A stretch of DNA of 63,794 nucleotides, the filler included, from Polymyxa betae A26-41 (taxonomy: Eukaryota > Protista > Endomyxa: Phytomyxea), in assembly GCA_003693705.1 (NCBI GenBank). It is 5 parts of 5 records of this genome, joined end to end, with 100 filler letters (N's around TTAATTAATTAA, not from the genome) between each part and the next. Parts side by side here need not be neighbours in the genome. Positions count along the whole stretch, not along the records: positions 1 to 20,684 come from RBZT01000107.1; 4 more parts are not named here. The stretch is one strand, 5' to 3'. The number at the start of each line of letters is the position of its first letter. Position 1 is the stretch's first letter. Below the pieces are notes generated by a model. It searched no databases. It saw only the letters and a list, made by a program, of their open reading frames with translations, and had not been told where the DNA came from. This document shows positions 1-13,234 of the stretch, piece by piece. The position numbers were made by a program, and so were the translations under genes.

Positions 1-39
1 TTAAAATCGCCGCCCAAATATTTAGGTCCGAGCTGAAAA

Positions 40-185
40 TCGTATTTTGCAAAATTCAAGGGTATTTTGCAAAATCCCGATTTTGCAAAATGGGCTTCCA
101 AACACGTTCAACATCTTTTATTTTGCAAGATAGTCAATTTTGCGAAATATCCCCCGGAATTTTGCAAAATTGCGAGTATCCAAAC
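40..185. repeat. Array of TTTTGCAAAA-like palindromic motifs, possibly the subterminal region of a DNA transposon truncating the adjacent Gypsy pol
   Basis: About six copies of ttttgc(a/g)aaa(t) in 45-175; Gypsy pol similarity stops near 190. Confidence 0.35.
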
Positions 186-189
186 GAAC

Positions 190-1935
190 TCGAAATCATG
201 AAGAAATTCACTTTGCTCTTTTGTATATTTGCGAGCCTGACATTTGAAAGGTTTCCAATTCTCAATTAGCTCTGTCTTAAAAGGTTCAACAAATGCCGGT
301 GAATCCGGTCCTAGTTTGATTCGGAATACATCTCTATGAGATATTAGTAATTCCATTAATGTATTTTCATATTTAGTATCAAGACCATTGGATACGGCCT
401 CTTTCACTTTACTCTTGATCACAGATATGATATCCAAATCAATATCCTGTCCAATTTCAAGATTATCTGATACGATGTTATCAAGATTATTATCTTCATG
501 CTGAGAAATTAAAGTATGTAATGCATGTTTAGAGTCAATGCCAAGAGTTGTTAAAACATCATTTCCCAATAAAACATCACTGCTTAATTGATCCCATATA
601 ATACAACGCTGATCTGTTAGAATTAACTGTCCAGCATTAGTATCTAACTGCATGTCAATATCAACTGCCTGTTTGACCTTGGCAATTGTAACGTTATAGA
701 TGGTTCCAATGATTTAATCTGTAAATTATCATCAAGTGCTCTCAGTTTATATAGAACATTACTTGAAATGATAGTAGCTTCAGCTCCGCTGTCAAAAATT
801 GCGCTACAGACCAATTTACCGTGAGCCAGTACGACCTTAAGTGTACTATCATTTTCAGATAAATTACTGGCTACCTTCGCTATCAAAAAATAAGATTTCG
901 ACTATTAAATTGTTTTTAAGAAGTTTATACTGAGCGATTAGTTGTTTCTGCTCAGCAGCCGAAGGCTTTAAAGGACACGCCTTTATATGATGGCCCGTTT
1001 TCTGGCATTTTAAACATGTTATAGCAGCGCGGGCCTTCTTAGAAACATTAGGTTTAAATGATGATGATGATGATGATGAGGACGAAGGAGGAGCAGGCCG
1101 CTTTCCAAAACTCGGCCGAGAGTATTTAAAAACATTCTCATATGTCTCAACATTAATATATAATGCAGCAACAAAACCGAACCTATCATCTTCCAGCTCC
1201 GATTGTTGCCACTGGATAAGGTCTTTCATATGCCACTTCAATTCGATTGGTTGAATGACTTCACAAAGAAGTCGGACATAATTTTTCGGACCATTTTTTG
1301 AAGAAAATGCAGCCTGAAAATTGTTCGATTCGATGAGATCATCGAAATCGTGGACCAGGTGTGAAATCCGATCACGAGGAAGCAAATCCATCCTCATTTT
1401 CAGAGTGGAGACAACAGTCTCACGGATATGATGAGCATAAGAAGCGTCAGCTTGTAAATATTCATCAAACATATGCGCCAACATCTCGTCCGTGACATTG
1501 GTGCGATTGATCCCTTCAGGAAGCTCTCGGAAATGGTGATTTTCAAAAAAATTCATGAGGCTGGGATCAATCATATGCCTTATCGCCACTGGAAATGCAG
1601 ACGCACCAGCACCAAAGTCTCCGAGCATCTTCCAATATATCTCTATATCGACGCATTTGCTTCTTGAAGTCAATAATGGATTTGCGGTCCATTTTCAATA
1701 GAACAGGTGGATGTGAAGGTTGAAACATAACAGCGGTATTTATAGCAGGCCCCAAATCGACCCCATTGCGGTCAACCTGCATTGCAGCACCATCACGGGC
1801 GTCCCTAGTTTCCCGTGATCGCACTTTTTGAAACATAGATGCCAGAATGTTTTCCAGCACCCCTGCAGCAATTTGTGACATAAAATAATAGCCTTTTGAC
1901 TAAAGAAATTTCTTTGTCAGATAGTTACGTAACGA
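190..1935 (-). mobile_element. Degenerate Ty3/Gypsy LTR retrotransposon, 5' part (gag, protease, start of RT), frameshifted and truncated
   Basis: ORFs 1567-1881 and 864-1673 form gag with CCHC knuckle CLKCQKTGHHIKAC; 644-886 has protease motif IFDSGA; 108-653 has pre-RT segment VFRIKLGPDSPAFVEPF..KCQARKY, homologous to the 2013-4463 pol. Confidence 0.85.
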
Positions 1936-2012
1936 ATGTTGTAGGCAGATTAGTAGAATGAATGTATTCATCAGATAATAAATCACCAGGGCCCAATCTT
2001 TGGTCGGACCGA

Positions 2013-4943
2013 TCATCTCCGTTCCGATCGCCGATATCCGTGACCATAAACTTTAGCGTGGTCTGCTATCCAACACAACTGATAATCGTGAATCCCGTTT
2101 TTCTTCGTTGGCCATACATAAATCCAGTCCATATGGATCACTATATTGCATTTGGATGCGTGAATTTGTGTACCTAGCGGCCTAGGAATACGTATTCCCC
2201 CTCTTGTTGGTAGGCAATGTAAACACGAGTTACATAAAGTGCGCATGTCTTCTGCGCAGTTTTGCCAGTACAAATACTGCGGAAGTTTCTGCGTAGCAGC
2301 CTGATAGCCTAGGTGGCCGCTGTTCTCGCCTGAATGCGCAATTATACAAAGCCTAATCTTCAAATTTTCAGCTTCTTTAGGAATGATAATCTTCTGTTTA
2401 TCATGCGTAACTAATAACCCGTCTTCATTGTATTTAGGGTTTTTGACTTGTAAAAAGTCTTGTTGCGCCTTTTTGATTTCTTCTATCGATTGCCATACAA
2501 AATCAGGCCTCTGCATGGGTCGTACTCGCCCTTCGTCTGTGATCTTCAATACTTTCGCTCTTCTTATGAGGACAGGCCCATCTTCTTCTCCTGTCGTACT
2601 GGCCCCCCAGCGTGTCATGAGGTCAGCCCAATAATTTTCTTCGCCTTTGATATTCTCTATCTTGTAACGAAATCTCTGCATTTCTAGGGCCCATCTCTGC
2701 AATTCCTGCGCAGTAGGTTTCGAATCCTGATGCTGAGAAAAAATCTGTATCAAATTTTTATGATCGCAGAAAAGTTTAAATGGTTTCTTCAATTGCAATA
2801 GATAATCAAGCTTTTGCATTGTATCTTTTATGGCAAATCTATCTTTTTCGGCAACAGTCCAGTTTAGTTCCGACCCGTTAAACCGATGTCCCACGAACCC
2901 TAGCGGTTCATGTCTCTGTAGTCCAATTGGTTTTTCTGAATCTTCAATCGGAATTTGTGTAACCATTCCAGATGTATTATATTCATTCGCATCAGTGAAC
3001 ATACACTGAATCATATCATCTCTTGGGAATGAAAGCTTTGTACGATATGCGATCGCGGTCTTCAGCTTCTCGAAAGCCAGCTGCGGGCCCCAGCCATACT
3101 TCGATAAGCGAACTTGTCTCGCTACGCTTTTCGTTCGTGCGGGCTGGTTCTTCATTGATTCTTCAAATATATCTTGTAAGCATCTAACTGTCTTATTATA
3201 TTCTGGAATCGATCGGCTCATCCACTGAGTAACCATGAGAAATTGCTGCAGGTCTCGCGCAGTTTTGGGCTGCGGTATTGCTAGCAGGGTCTCAATCCTT
3301 TCCGGGTCGTGGGTTACGCCATCCGGAGAGAATATTCGTCCACAGAATTTGGCCGACCTAGTGTAGAGTTCACACTTCTTCACGTTAAATTTTATGTTAC
3401 TTTCTACGGCCAATTGTAATGTCATCTCAAGATACTGAAACCAGTCATCTAATGTCTTCGCATGTCCCAGCAGGTCATCAATACATATGATCAAGGCTAT
3501 ATTAAGGAGGCTTTTAAAGACTCCAGCCATTCTTGCCTGGAACTGGGTCGCTGAATTTAAAGCGCCCTGAATTGACCTTCTAGGCGTATACACGCCATTA
3601 TCTGTCATAAATGAGAACATTTCTTGACAATCTTCTGCTAGCGGCATCATCCAGAATCCTTTGAATGCATCCAGCTTGAACCAGTGCCTGGATCCCGCTA
3701 AATGGTTGACTATGGATTCTAAAAATGGCATAGGCCACGCTGTGCTCTCGCTGATCGCGTTGACTGCTCTTAGATCGACGCACATTCTTTTTCCACCGTC
3801 ACCTTTCTTCACTACAACTACAGGAGAGGCCCACTTTGAATTTTGATGTTCATAGACCAGTCCATATTTCATCAATTCTTCTACGAATTTCTGTTGGAAT
3901 TCGCTATCTTCTGGTTTGTATTTTCTTGCCGGGCATTTGTAAGGTTGTGAATTGGACTTCAGCTGAGTCACGAAAGGGGTGACCTTCGCTGGCGGTTCTG
4001 GCAATAACTTCACCTGCCATGCTTTTTCAAATTTGTATAATAAATTCTTCAGTTTATTTCGCCATTCTTTGGGGAGACCATTTTCTTCTGCTCTCTTCAG
4101 CATTGCTTCAATTTCGGACCGCACCTCCGTTTGGTTCACGGACCCAATTACTGCGCCCTCTTCCTGGTCACTCCCTTCTTCGATATCTCTGTTTGGCGAT
4201 TCTTCATCAGTTCTCTGGGTGCCATGAGCTTCGTTTCTGACATTCTTCCGCCAAATAAGTGCGTCGAGCGCAGTTTTTGGCTCTATTCCCAGTTCTTCAA
4301 GCAGGTCGCTCCCCAGTATGATTTCGTCACTGGGTACATCCCTAATCAGGCACTTCCGTCGGCGTGATACGACTTCACCCGCACATGTCCGTAGTCTAAT
4401 GTCTAGAGTTACGGCGTACGTGACGACTACCTCTGTAACATTATCGCCCCGACGTAACCGCACGGGCTCTGCGAGCTGTATCTTCTCAATGGTAGGGTCA
4501 ATTTCATAGCACGATCGGCTATTATTTTTGGTATTAGAGACACCGCCGTGGCGCCGCTATCTAGGATACCTGGTACGTATAAACCTTCACAGATCCTAAC
4601 ATCTATTTGTTTGTCATCTACCCTACTCCCAATTCGGCATACCAATGGATACTTTGAATGTTTCTTCTTGAATTTATTATCTTTCTCCATCAAAAGTGCG
4701 CGAATTTCCGCTTTAGTCAAGGGATGGGTTGGGCACAGAAAGGCCGGATGCCTAATTTTGTGACAGCTGAAACATTCCAGCGTACAGTTTTCATCGATTT
4801 CTCTACTCTTCGGTTTCTTCTCCTTCTGGGGTTTCTTCGGATTAACAGTTACCTGTTGTTCACGGGAGAGCTTCTTTCCCGTGGTCTTCCTTTCGCTAAC
4901 CGCCTTCAGCGCTGTTGCGGTCAATATTTCCAGAAAAAGACCC
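2013..4943 (-). mobile_element. Ty3/Gypsy gag 3' end + pol (protease, RT, RNase H, integrase N-terminal part), one frameshift, integrase truncated
   Basis: CFSCHKIRHPAFLC knuckle and ILDSGA in ORF 4427-4924; ORF 2013-4463 has WASPVVVVKK, RMCVDLR, KLDAFKGFW, CIDD (YxDD variant), RNase H FTDA..CDHKNL..WADLMTR, integrase H..H..CLHC and HMDW. Confidence 0.95.
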
Positions 4944-4958
4944 TTATTTTATTATATA

Positions 4959-5912
4959 TGTAAACGGCCCTATATTCAGGACGACTCCGCCACGGACTCA
5001 AATGGACTCGTGACGGAATAACCGGACTGGAAATGGGAGCTGGAATAGGGAATTCATTTTAGCCCCAAATCACGTAGACCTGAACCCGTAGATCTGCTAC
5101 AAAGACGTCTTATCTAGCAAAGATGACTGTGAGGATTACTGAAGAAGAATCTCAGAACCACGTGGACGACATGTCAGTCGAATACGAAGAAGATGATCAC
5201 CGCAGTGATGCGGTGAATGAAGAAGCCGAAGATGAATCTGCGACAGATGAAGCCGGTGACGACAATGATGAGTGCATTCTCCAATGCTGACATTGTTCGG
5301 CAGCAGAGCATTCACCGGGAAGATCCAGAAGAGGTAGCTGATCGTCGTGGTAACAACTATCGTGGGGATGAGCAGCGCAGCGCGGCCTCTGGCGGCCCCG
5401 CCGTACTGGAAACCAATCGGGCGCCGATCCTGAAGATCCCCGACCGGAACCGTATGTTGAAGTTTCGGAAAGAACGAGAGCGCTACCTACGCGTTTTTCG
5501 AGAGGCTGAGTTCCGGGAGTAACCCCACGCTCGTTGGTATCCTGCATTGAACAGTCGATGTTAAAGTTTATTTGAGAAAATAAGCTTGAAATATCAGTCG
5601 AAGATGTGACGGATCAGGATATCGAAGGTTGGATGGACGGTTTTTTGGCCTCCGACCTTTCCAACGATGCGCTCATGGACAAGAAGCTGAAGGCCGTTAA
5701 GATGGACCTCCGCATCACACCTCCCAGTGGTCGAGTAATGGATATGATGATCCGTTTCGATCAGATTGTTGAAGAAAACGGATGGGGTGACGTCTTCAAA
5801 GAAGAAGAAGGGAAGAAGCGGAAGGTAAAATATTTACTGAGCGCTGTTGAACCTGTAGGTCTCAAGAAGATTATGGAGACCGCGCTAAAAAGAGAGCCGA
5901 AGCTGTGGTCGC
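4959..5912 (+). mobile_element. Probable LTR + 5' part of Ty3/Gypsy gag (disrupted), inverted relative to the neighbouring pol
   Basis: ATG at 5123; ORFs 5217-5522 and 5606-6028 resemble the gag at 864-1881 (PILKIPDR..KFRKERERY vs PVLLKMDR..DFKKQMRRY; VKMDL..RV..FDQIVEENG..F..V.YL...VEP). Confidence 0.8.
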
Positions 5913-6719
5913 GGCCTCACACTGACCAAGTTCTCGAAAACCCAGTCACCGTCAGCCTGTTCGCAGCACGTGGCTATGGCTTCAGGATACTTTGCCTCGG
6001 GGTAGTTGTCCGCACGGAGGCTGCGTAAGAGCGCAGAGAGAAACTCGTCCGCGGAGTTGGGCTCAGATGCCGTTGGCCTCTTAAATCGTGGCAGATTCGA
6101 GGGCAGGCGCGCCGTGCTGTTGCTAGCGGCGGCGAAATGCTGGGCCATCGGGACCGGGGCGACAATTGCTGATCCGGACCCCGTGATGGGCTGTTGCGAA
6201 GCGATGTTGACTGGCATGACAGGCGCCAGAGCATCTTAAGCGCTGCGGGCGGTGGCGATACGTCCCGTCAGAGCCAGGACCTGATCCGTGATCTCTTGAA
6301 TGCGTGCATCGTGACTGTGCTGCTGAGTACGGGCGAAGTTCGTGGTGTCCATGTCGTAGAGAGATGCGAGCTCGTCGGAGAGCGACGCCAAGCGTTCTTG
6401 GTCGAGTAGGAGGCGTCTCTGAAGTGCGTCCCGAGCAGAATCGTGTCGGGGAGGCTGTGGCTGCGATTGAGTTCCAGCGGACTGGTCCTCTTGCTGTGGT
6501 CGGTTATCTTGTGCGGACATGATACTCGCTCAATAAAAGTGTCGAAGCACGGACTAGGAGACAGACAAAGCGAAAGGTGAGCGGATTCAAACGCACACTG
6601 TATTGCAACAACTATAATAATGATAAAAAATCAAATGAAAGGCAAGCGACGTCGCGTACGACGTGGAGCTAGGGTTTTAGGGTTTGTTGTGCTTGCCACG
6701 ACAATGTCCCGTCACGACA
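5913..6719 (-). mobile_element. 5' end of another LTR retrotransposon: 180-bp LTR plus gag-like N-terminus with an in-frame stop
   Basis: 6540-6719 has TGTCG...CGACA inverted termini; ATG at 6520 follows; ORFs 6236-6520 and 5885-6217 are in frame and carry gag-like LPRF..ADEFL..W. Confidence 0.65.
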
Positions 6720-8004
6720 TTGGTTCCATTTGAAGTGCAAGTTGTGCAAACTGGCAGCCCTCCTCTGACCTGATTATAGGATGTCTGGCTTTCAACTACT
6801 TGGATCTGCCTGCGCTCTTGGTCTCTGCAGCTATTTGTCCATGGAGCACGTATCTGCGCTTTGTAAGCAGCTCTCTGACAAAATAATTTTATATCCCTTC
6901 TCGTTAAATTCCGGTATTGACTGGATCGGATCAGACCGATTCAGTAGGGAGGTCAACATTAGCCGATCCTGCAGCGATATGTTTTCACACTCTTTGATAA
7001 CCTCTAATGTTCGCTCGTTATGCAATTCTGGTTGTCCATGGTTTCGTGCGCTAATGTCGTGTTCGCTGAAATATTTGCTAGAAAGCTCTTGGCGATCCTC
7101 TTAAATGGGACGATACCTGCGCGGCGTCGCTAAAGACTTTGAGTTACATTTTGAGAATTGCCGATCATCAAGTTGGAAATATTCTCTAGTCCGGAAACGT
7201 AAGCAACTATTATCTCGTCTTAGATTTGCTGAAAATCACTGTTTTGCTTTGCTTTACCTAAAAGAATGTGTTTACTATCGTGGCATTTTGCGTAATCCAC
7301 ACAATCGCAACTAAACGTGTGTTGCTAGGCTCCGAAAATGACATAAGATTTGCACATCACGGTGTATATATCATTATTGTCTTCCACCTCATGCAGCTCC
7401 AGGACATATGCCATCGATGATCACTACAGTTCGACTGACAAGGTACTTTTTTTCGGTTACGTCAACGTGATACGATTCGGTTTCAGACTCGAAAGGAACC
7501 TTGGTCAGTTGCTCGGGTTTCATAGAAAGCCCCTGTTTCAATTGTTTCTTTAAATCGGCGCTACATCCTGTTCAAAAGTCGTGTTGAGCTGAGTCCTGCA
7601 GCCATCGAAGTGAATTTTTTGCTTGGATTGATTGAATTTCCTTACCCTTTGTAATTGATGAAGTAATCTTCATTTTGCCGAAGTTTCTGAAGCAAATCTC
7701 GCATGTACCGATTTCGTTTACTTAAATATACTCTTTTTAGCAGATTTTGGAAAGCTTCAGCATGCGCGGTTGTGTCAGGAATCGACGAGATTCGGTAACA
7801 AACAGCCCATTGCTCCACAACCTAACGTATGATTTGCCTACTTTGCGGACCTCTCTATTGCAATTCGGATTTTGCAAGAGATTTCTCTGATCGAAGATCA
7901 TACTCAGGGGAGTAATTTCGTGCAACGGAGGACCTATTTTTCTATTCAGAACAACAAGGGTGTGTATCCCGGAGCAGAATATAGATCTTGATCTGACATA
8001 ATTG

Positions 8005-8290
8005 CGGAATTTTTGTGGTTTAGACACGTGTTCAGGAGATTACCAGTAAAGCAAGTACAGCATCCTATTAGAATTTTTAAAGATAACCAAGCTTGTATTT
8101 CTATCGTTGAACAAATGACCAGTGCGAAAGGTCGAAATATGTTCATGATAATTATCACTTTGTGCGCGAACCTTGTTAAGTCAAAGGATATTGAGCTACG
8201 TTACTGTTAAAGCCCTAATATGATTGCAGACATTTTCTCGAAGAACTTTATTGGAGGCCGATTTTTATTTTTGCGAAACAGACTTTAGGC
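8005..8290 (+). pseudogene. Ty1/Copia RNase H remnant
   Basis: PIRIFKDNQACI...IELRYC*SPNMIADIFSK..RF..LR, matching the intact Copia RNase H at 58852-60402. Confidence 0.75.
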
Positions 8291-8361
8291 AGGGTAGGTC
8301 AAATAAACTACGTACGCACGTTTTGACCCATGGTGTTTATTTATCTCAAGATCGATGTATT

Positions 8362-10140
8362 TTATTGACAATCTTTGAAACCGCATTCGTCTTCTTGTGG
8401 ATTCGCGCCGGGACATTTCCGCTTTTTCCAATCAGTATGAGAGAAGTTGTTGCTCCAGCAACGTATGAACTCGCCCTCGTCACTGTTACAGTGCTCCGAA
8501 AAACATTTCATAATTGGAGAAACCACGGAATAATGGAATAAACGAAATGAGCGTGAATACTCACAAACTCTACGTCCAACAGCAAGCTCAGATATCTGAC
8601 CTAACTTCGCCTGTTTTGATCGCGAATCTGTGAACTTACTCAAATCACGCTCTACATCGAAATCACCATCAACACGTCGTTTTTGGGGGTGGTTGGTGAT
8701 CATCTCGGTCAGCAGGAGATTCATCAAGGACCTGTTCATTGTTATGGAATCCACAGGACAGGTATCTTGGGAAATGTTTTCCGTCTGGGACGATATCTTC
8801 AGTGACACCAGGCGCAGAAGTTCATGTCCGGCATCACCCGTGCCAGCCTGCTGTAGTAGTAACAAAACAGCATCAATTATTTGATCAACGTCTTCTTCGT
8901 CTTCCAGGTTGAAAATTGCAGCTGAAATTTTGAGAATATTTCGAGAATTAGATGTCAGCAATCTGTTAGAAACCAAACGTAGAAATTCACCAGCATAAAA
9001 TGCGAGACTTGGACGATCGGGTTGATTCAAATTCAAGACAAGCATCACACCGGGATTTGAAACATGAATTGGTTTCCATTCAAAGGCATACTTTAGAGAA
9101 TATTCTCCCTTGGAAAGATTTAAATCTTGGTATATAGGGAATGATAAAGCAGTTACCGTTGTACTCTTGCCATTTGCAAAAGAGCCGCTGTGCAACGTCT
9201 TGATAAATATTTCTGAGCACTACAAACCGTAGAATGACTGGCAGATAACATGATATGTTCTACAGAGCCTCCACCCCAGAAGGCCATCAGATATCCGGTT
9301 TTTCGTAAAGAGTGCGTCCCAAAAACTCCATGACGTCCCAAGGCGCTCTCAAGCACTTTATGAAGCCTACATCCAGAGTCAATGCAATACAGAAACAAAA
9401 AGACATACTGGATATTGAATTTTTTAGGATCTATCCAGGAATCTCCGGAAGGGCCCAGAAAAAGATAACCAGAATCTTTTCCCAATTGATGAACCCATGC
9501 CAAAATGTGACGAACCAAGCACAATTCTGGAACTTTTCCGTTTTTCCAGATCATCATCAACTTCGAAGATTCATCACTTTTAGGTACCTCTAATTTTTAG
9601 CCTGATTGCAGCAACTTGTTTTGTGACCGAATCTACGGATGTCAATCCATAGACAAAATCTTCAAACATAAATGAACAACCCTCTGCAGAACGCAAAAAT
9701 AACTGTATGTGAAATAGAATCATTACCCAGATACGCATCCCAGCACGATCATTTCTGCTTAATAAAGAGTTTTTAACAGTGACCAGTTCATGAGGAAGAA
9801 GTGGGCTGTTACCTTGTGCAACATAATCCGGAATATCAGTTTCCGTTACCTTAGTATACCTATTCTTGACCTGTTCGAAGCTGCGAGGGCATCCAGTACG
9901 TCATAATCGGGCAAAGTCCGGATGAAATTTTCTGCCCGTCAATCACTGAGCGCACTGAACAATGCATTCTGCACAGGGCTCTTGGTGCTGTCCATTTGGC
10001 TTGCGGGCACTATGAAATGTAGAAATTGCTGAAAGAATCTAGTTGCATGAACCTGGAGATCCCCAGATTTTTTTTGCGGAGACTGAAAATGTCGATTACG
10101 GGACCAACTCGTCCTGGGTCTGAAGCAGTATCAGCCCTGA
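8362..10140 (-). mobile_element. Crypton-like tyrosine recombinase transposon (frameshifted) with a C-terminal Cys/His domain
   Basis: Catalytic signature in order: LFLRSAE (R, ~9690), GTHSLRKTG (HxxR, ~9305), SASH (H), QKY (Y, ~9208); also ELCLVRHILAW; no RT adjacent; ORF 8362-9195 continues downstream in another frame. Confidence 0.8.
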
Positions 10141-10289
10141 TCGTCACAAGAGTTCCTGCCTCGTTCTGTATTTAGTACTATTCGTGTTCAAGGCATAATG
10201 TGTCGATGATTTTGTTGTTTTTTGAAGGTTTTTCGAGCACGGATGGAGTTATTTACAACGACCGTCACTGCTGTCACACTGCTCAGCGT

Positions 10290-10560
10290 CAACGATCATC
10301 TCGTTGGTCTGAAGATGTTTATTGTTTGGTGAAAGATTTTGTAGAACGCAATCCTTGTTTTTATATTGAGAACCTGCAAGAACAACTCATGGAGATCTTG
10401 TCGTGCTTTACGTCATGATTTGAAACATTCTAGAAACGTCCTAAAGCGAGCCTGAGAAAGTGATCTCTTTCACTGGAAGGAATATTTTTACGAACTTTCT
10501 GCTCTATATCCCTTTCAAGAGCAATTGATTTTCATTGACGAATCGAGAAAAAGACGGCAG
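10290..10560 (+). pseudogene. Tc1/IS630-type transposase fragment
   Basis: NPCFYIENLQEQL HTH-like segment followed by EQLIFIDES (first catalytic Asp motif). Confidence 0.55.
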
Positions 10561-13234
10561 GGACGTTTAGATGTTGGAGTTTGGTCGGGTATGATTTGGC
10601 CGGTGCTTAAGTCGGTGGCGAGAGCAGAGACAGAATTCAAAGTTTGATGTGTATTAGCGAAAAGCGGTAATCGGAATGATTTAAATAGTTTCTAAGAACG
10701 CTCCAGAAATCATCCAAGGTGCTGGCCGTTGGAAATGGACTGGTGGAAGCTCGAGGGCTCTTCGGAATGTTCTATTCCACTATAGGCTTCGCCCTTCGTA
10801 GAATGGGTTGCGCCTGCTGTTACGTTAACTGGGACCCCTGGCAGGGACACAGGCGCTGACATTAAAGTGACACGGATGGTCGAGAATCATTACTTCGATC
10901 AGTGTGTAGAGCTCAGATCAAGAACACCGGTGTTTTCGGTAAATGCAATGAGGCCAGCCTCCATTAGTTCATTTTTGTAAACGAAAAACTCTAGGCACAG
11001 TTTTACGATATTGTAAAAGCGTTACTGAAGATTCGACCGCTCTCTCGAACAATATACCAGTTCCCCAGAATTGCGGTATTATCTATTATCTTCCAAGAAG
11101 AGTTCCGCGCTAATACCTCCAAGATTGGTTGAGGAGACAAGATCGAAGATTATACCAATATTAAGTTTGAAACTGGGCCATGCCTCTTTAGTTCACAATG
11201 AAATGTGTGAAGATGATACTGTTTTCATTTACAGAAGATTTCCAGGTAAATTTTTCAAGCCCTTCATGGCATAATTCTGTACAGATAATTTCTTTCAATT
11301 TAGGGAAGGGCCATTCTAGGAGAAGGGATTTAGACTGGTACTGTGAAGCCTTCTCTCAGCATAGAGGGAAGAGTTTCCGCCTATACCGGGTTTTTATCGT
11401 ATTGAAGAATACCGGCAGCAGGTGCTCCTGCACCTAATTTTCTGCCCAACGGTTGGTTGCTAAGTTGACTTATGTAATTCAGGCCCGTTTTTGAATTTAA
11501 AGACGGTTCGGGACAGTTACATGCTGCTTTGGCAGGTTCAGGAGAGGTAATCGTATGGAATAGCTCTATTGAATATGAGGTATAATGTTGATAAATGCGA
11601 GCTCTTCAGCAGCTATCGCGATATGTAATCACATTTAAATTAGGCCCCAGCCTGGCCCCAAGGGTCCTTTGTCTATGCTGTCATGTTCACTATCAAAGTA
11701 AAAGACCAAGCTTTTTGATACAACCGATGTGTAATCTTTCTTCCAAAAGCATTCCTAGTTTACATTTTTGTACATCTATATAAATATTGACATTTCCCGA
11801 TTGTTTCACAATCGCAGCAAATCAGGCCTCTCGGAGCCAGGCAAACTCTTTCTCTTGCGTTTATTTCAATGCTTTCGGAATGGTTATTACCATCATTCAT
11901 AGCTTCGCTAAACCCATCCACATCTGACAGTAGCATGCTTCAGGCTATTCGTCAAATGTTGGTCCTGCCCTTGCACTCGCAGGTGTCTGAGAGCTTACCC
12001 TAGTTTCTGATAGGCGTCGCTACTGCTGTATATTCCTTCTTCATAATGGCAGCTGATTTATTGTCGAAAACGCCTCGTTTGTAATTATTCACTAACCGAC
12101 TAACGCATATTTTTCCCTTATCTGGAGTGTCGTTTCACTTCCTCTCCATCTCGTCTCTATCCTGAAGTTACCAATTTCTGTCGCTCTCTCTCACACATCT
12201 TCTATTCTTTTGTCAGCTTATGCGTGATTTCAGATCGAGTGCCCCCGCCACATCGCTTGATATCGTGAAGATACCTGTCTCCAAGGCTCCTTCTCACTTG
12301 CTCTCGTCTCTCGCCCACTGCAAAGGCTTAATTTTTTAGCTCGGAATTGACTCGCAGTCAAAAAGCTGTTGCATCTGCTCCTCTTGCAACTTCCAAGCAT
12401 ACTGTATTTTCGGTTCTCCCAACCCAACTACTATATCGTATTCAAGGTATGTTCACATAGTTTCCTAAAATTTCTATCTTTATTTTCTAACTTGTTATTC
12501 CTTGAGCTTCATAGAATATTGTAATCGCAACCGCTCATAGCTAGCAGGTTTTTTATGTTTTATGAGGCGTTGACTTGCGGCATCATATTCGATTTCTGTG
12601 TTCGTTTTCTGTGTTAGAAGTTTTAATGCTCAAAGTTTGCTGACACTGTCCTCGATCTTCAGATGTGCTACTTAAAGCGATTGGTGATGATGCTGATCAT
12701 CAAGGAGTGTAATTATACTATTTTGTCTGATCTTTATCACTTTCGTGGGAGGCTCGGCCCGATTCTGGATTTTTTTTTCATTGCTTGTTATTGTTTGAGT
12801 TTTATAAGTTATTGTAGTCGCAATCGTTTATCGCTTAGCACTTTTTGTTGCTTTTTTCACGTTTTGGCTTGCGGTTATCCTATAAAGTGTTCGTCTCTAC
12901 TTCGAGTCGATTTCTTGTTAACACTATCCTTTTTTATTGTCAAAGTTTGCAAGCATTGTAATCGTTCTGCAAATATGCTGCTCCAGGCTGCTGGTGATGA
13001 TTCTGCTCAAGATGGTGTGTAATCTATCTTTACTGTCCAAATTCTCTTGCCCAGTTCTGCTAGGTTATCTCATTGCTTGTTGCGCTCTCTGAGATATCTA
13101 AGGCTTTGTATTTAATGACCATGACAGAAACATTGTCCCTTATTTTAAAACCTGTCCTGAATCTGCTCTTTTTTATTGTTATTTCTGTTGATTTTCACAT
13201 CTGGAAATATACTGTCGCTTGTGTTAATATAATA

